A DNA stretch of 64,000 nt from Plasmodiophora brassicae. Its lineage: Eukaryota. The DNA is taken from contig CP145410.1 of NCBI GenBank assembly GCA_036867785.1, forward strand, positions 682,001-746,000, in the 5' to 3' direction. Under the pieces are notes generated by a model. That model saw only the letters and a list, made by a program, of their open reading frames with translations, had not been told where the DNA came from and ran no database searches. The translations under genes and the position numbers were made by a program. Positions 62,933 to 64,000 of the stretch are shown here, one piece after another; the first letter of the stretch is position 1; each line of letters opens with the position of its first letter.

Positions 62933-64000
62933 TCATGCATCAGGGCTGTTCGGTAGCTCTGCATCAAGATCAGAACCCCCCAGACTGTGATGTACATTGA
63001 GGACCAGCTCGTTCGTACTATCGTCAACCGCCGCGGCGTTCTCCGATTCAGATGCACCAGCAGCCATGTCGAGCAAGTGGGAAGTTGATGATTCGTTGTT
63101 GGCAGGTTCTTGACCGTCTGATGCTGATGGCGTTGAGGCGTGATCGCCGAAACCCGTGACGCTGCTGCCGTCAGGGGCACTGGATTCAGCAGGGTGCTCA
63201 ACCTGATGGTCAGCGAAGCTATCGCCATATAGCCCGACGTCATGATAGTCGTCGTTCGCCAGACTCTCGTGTTCGCGGCCACTTGGGGCGAGAGGGTGTG
63301 ATTCCAGCTTCAATCGCTTCTTGCTGTCCTCGGTGCCCGACTCAAACGAATGCAGGGCGCCGCCATCGTCCAGGCTGTCGTTGCTTCGCTTGTTCGACAG
63401 AACCGAGGGCGTTTCATCAGCATTCAAGTCGCTCCGTGCGTCGCCATCGGTCTTGTAGGACTCCATTTGCCTTCGGTAGCGCTCGCGGTCTGCCGACGCC
63501 CTTTCTTCGTAAGGCCTCTTCTCCTCTGACGACATTGTTCGCCATATTTCACCAAGCTTCGCTCCAATCTTTCCGAACGCCTGACGTGCAACACACATAT
63601 ATATCAGATTTGTAAACATATAATAGGAACGAGACCCAATTACCAGATCGGGATTCTCCTGCTTTAATTCCGCTCGTCGCTCTTTGCAGAAGATCATATA
63701 GGCATTAGATGCCGCTTTGGGCGCATTCGGATCCTTCTTCTTCTTCGGCGGTTTAGTCGGCATGACATTCCCATCGTGCAGCAATGTACCAGCAGCGCCG
63801 TTTGGGTTGGCGTTGGCACGATTCTCGCGCGCGTTCTGCGTGATCATGCATTTGGGGCACTGGATATACAGAGAATTGGCAGGGTGCGCTAGCAGCGTCC
63901 CGCATCCGATGCAGACAGTCTGCTGCGGCGCGTGCGGATTCTGTGTCATCTGGCATCGCGGGCATTGAATGTACATCGATCCACGCGGGAAAGACAACTG
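62933..64000 (-). CDS. LSD1-type zinc finger + HMG-box protein (5' end outside the window)
   Basis: Finger CIGCGTLLAHPANSLYIQCPKC and a partial upstream finger FPRGSMYIQCPRC. HMG box KKKKDPNAPKAASNAYMIFCKERR..|AFGKIGAKLGEIWR..EKRPYE. Intron 63581-63643. Confidence 0.8.
   Translation of the reverse strand, partial: QLSFPRGSMYIQCPRCQMTQNPHAPQQTVCIGCGTLLAHPANSLYIQCPKCMITQNARENRANANPNGAAGTLLHDGNVMPTKPPKKKKDPNAPKAASNAYMIFCKERRAELKQENPDLVIGSRSYYMFTNLIYMCVARQAFGKIGAKLGEIWRTMSSEEKRPYEERASADRERYRRQMESYKTDGDARSDLNADETPSVLSNKRSNDSLDDGGALHSFESGTEDSKKRLKLESHPLAPSGREHESLANDDYHDVGLYGDSFADHQVEHPAESSAPDGSSVTGFGDHASTPSASDGQEPANNESSTSHLLDMAAGASESENAAAVDDSTNELVLNVHHSLGGSDLDAELPNSPDA

Noticed and set aside
1-64000. 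Prokaryotic systems (operons, CRISPR arrays, defence islands, IS elements) and rRNA/tRNA genes
   Set aside because: The genes carry spliceosomal introns and are eukaryotic. I saw no repeat-spacer array, transposase or reverse transcriptase motifs, or structural RNA signatures by eye.

Overview
This is gene-dense eukaryotic DNA: GC-rich, with short GT-AG introns of about 50-65 nt and short intergenic gaps. Flagellar genes (CFAP91, SF-assemblin), the intron style and the 7TM-RGS expansion suggest a flagellated protist, plausibly a phytomyxid such as Plasmodiophora; that assignment is an inference. About 30 protein-coding genes are recognisable. Housekeeping genes include MSH2, LYRM7, CTU2, GTP cyclohydrolase I, a syntaxin, a chromate transporter, a spinster-like MFS transporter, PC4/Sub1, an ACSBG-type acyl-CoA synthetase, a CHO2-type PE methyltransferase and INCENP. 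The unusual architectures are: three tandem 7TM-RGS paralogues; a MavL/DUF4804-like macrodomain gene; a triple-RPEL + Kelch fusion; an MLH3 with an intact endonuclease but a degenerate ATPase; a polycystin-1-like LRR-REJ-GPS-multi-TM receptor; a PA-domain 7TM protein; an Stc1-like zinc finger + F-box protein; an LSD1-type zinc finger + HMG protein; a secreted alpha/beta pseudo-hydrolase; and small secreted effector candidates. I saw no RNA genes, CRISPR arrays or transposons. All domain calls come from motif recognition by eye, not database searches, and the spans of multi-exon genes are approximate.
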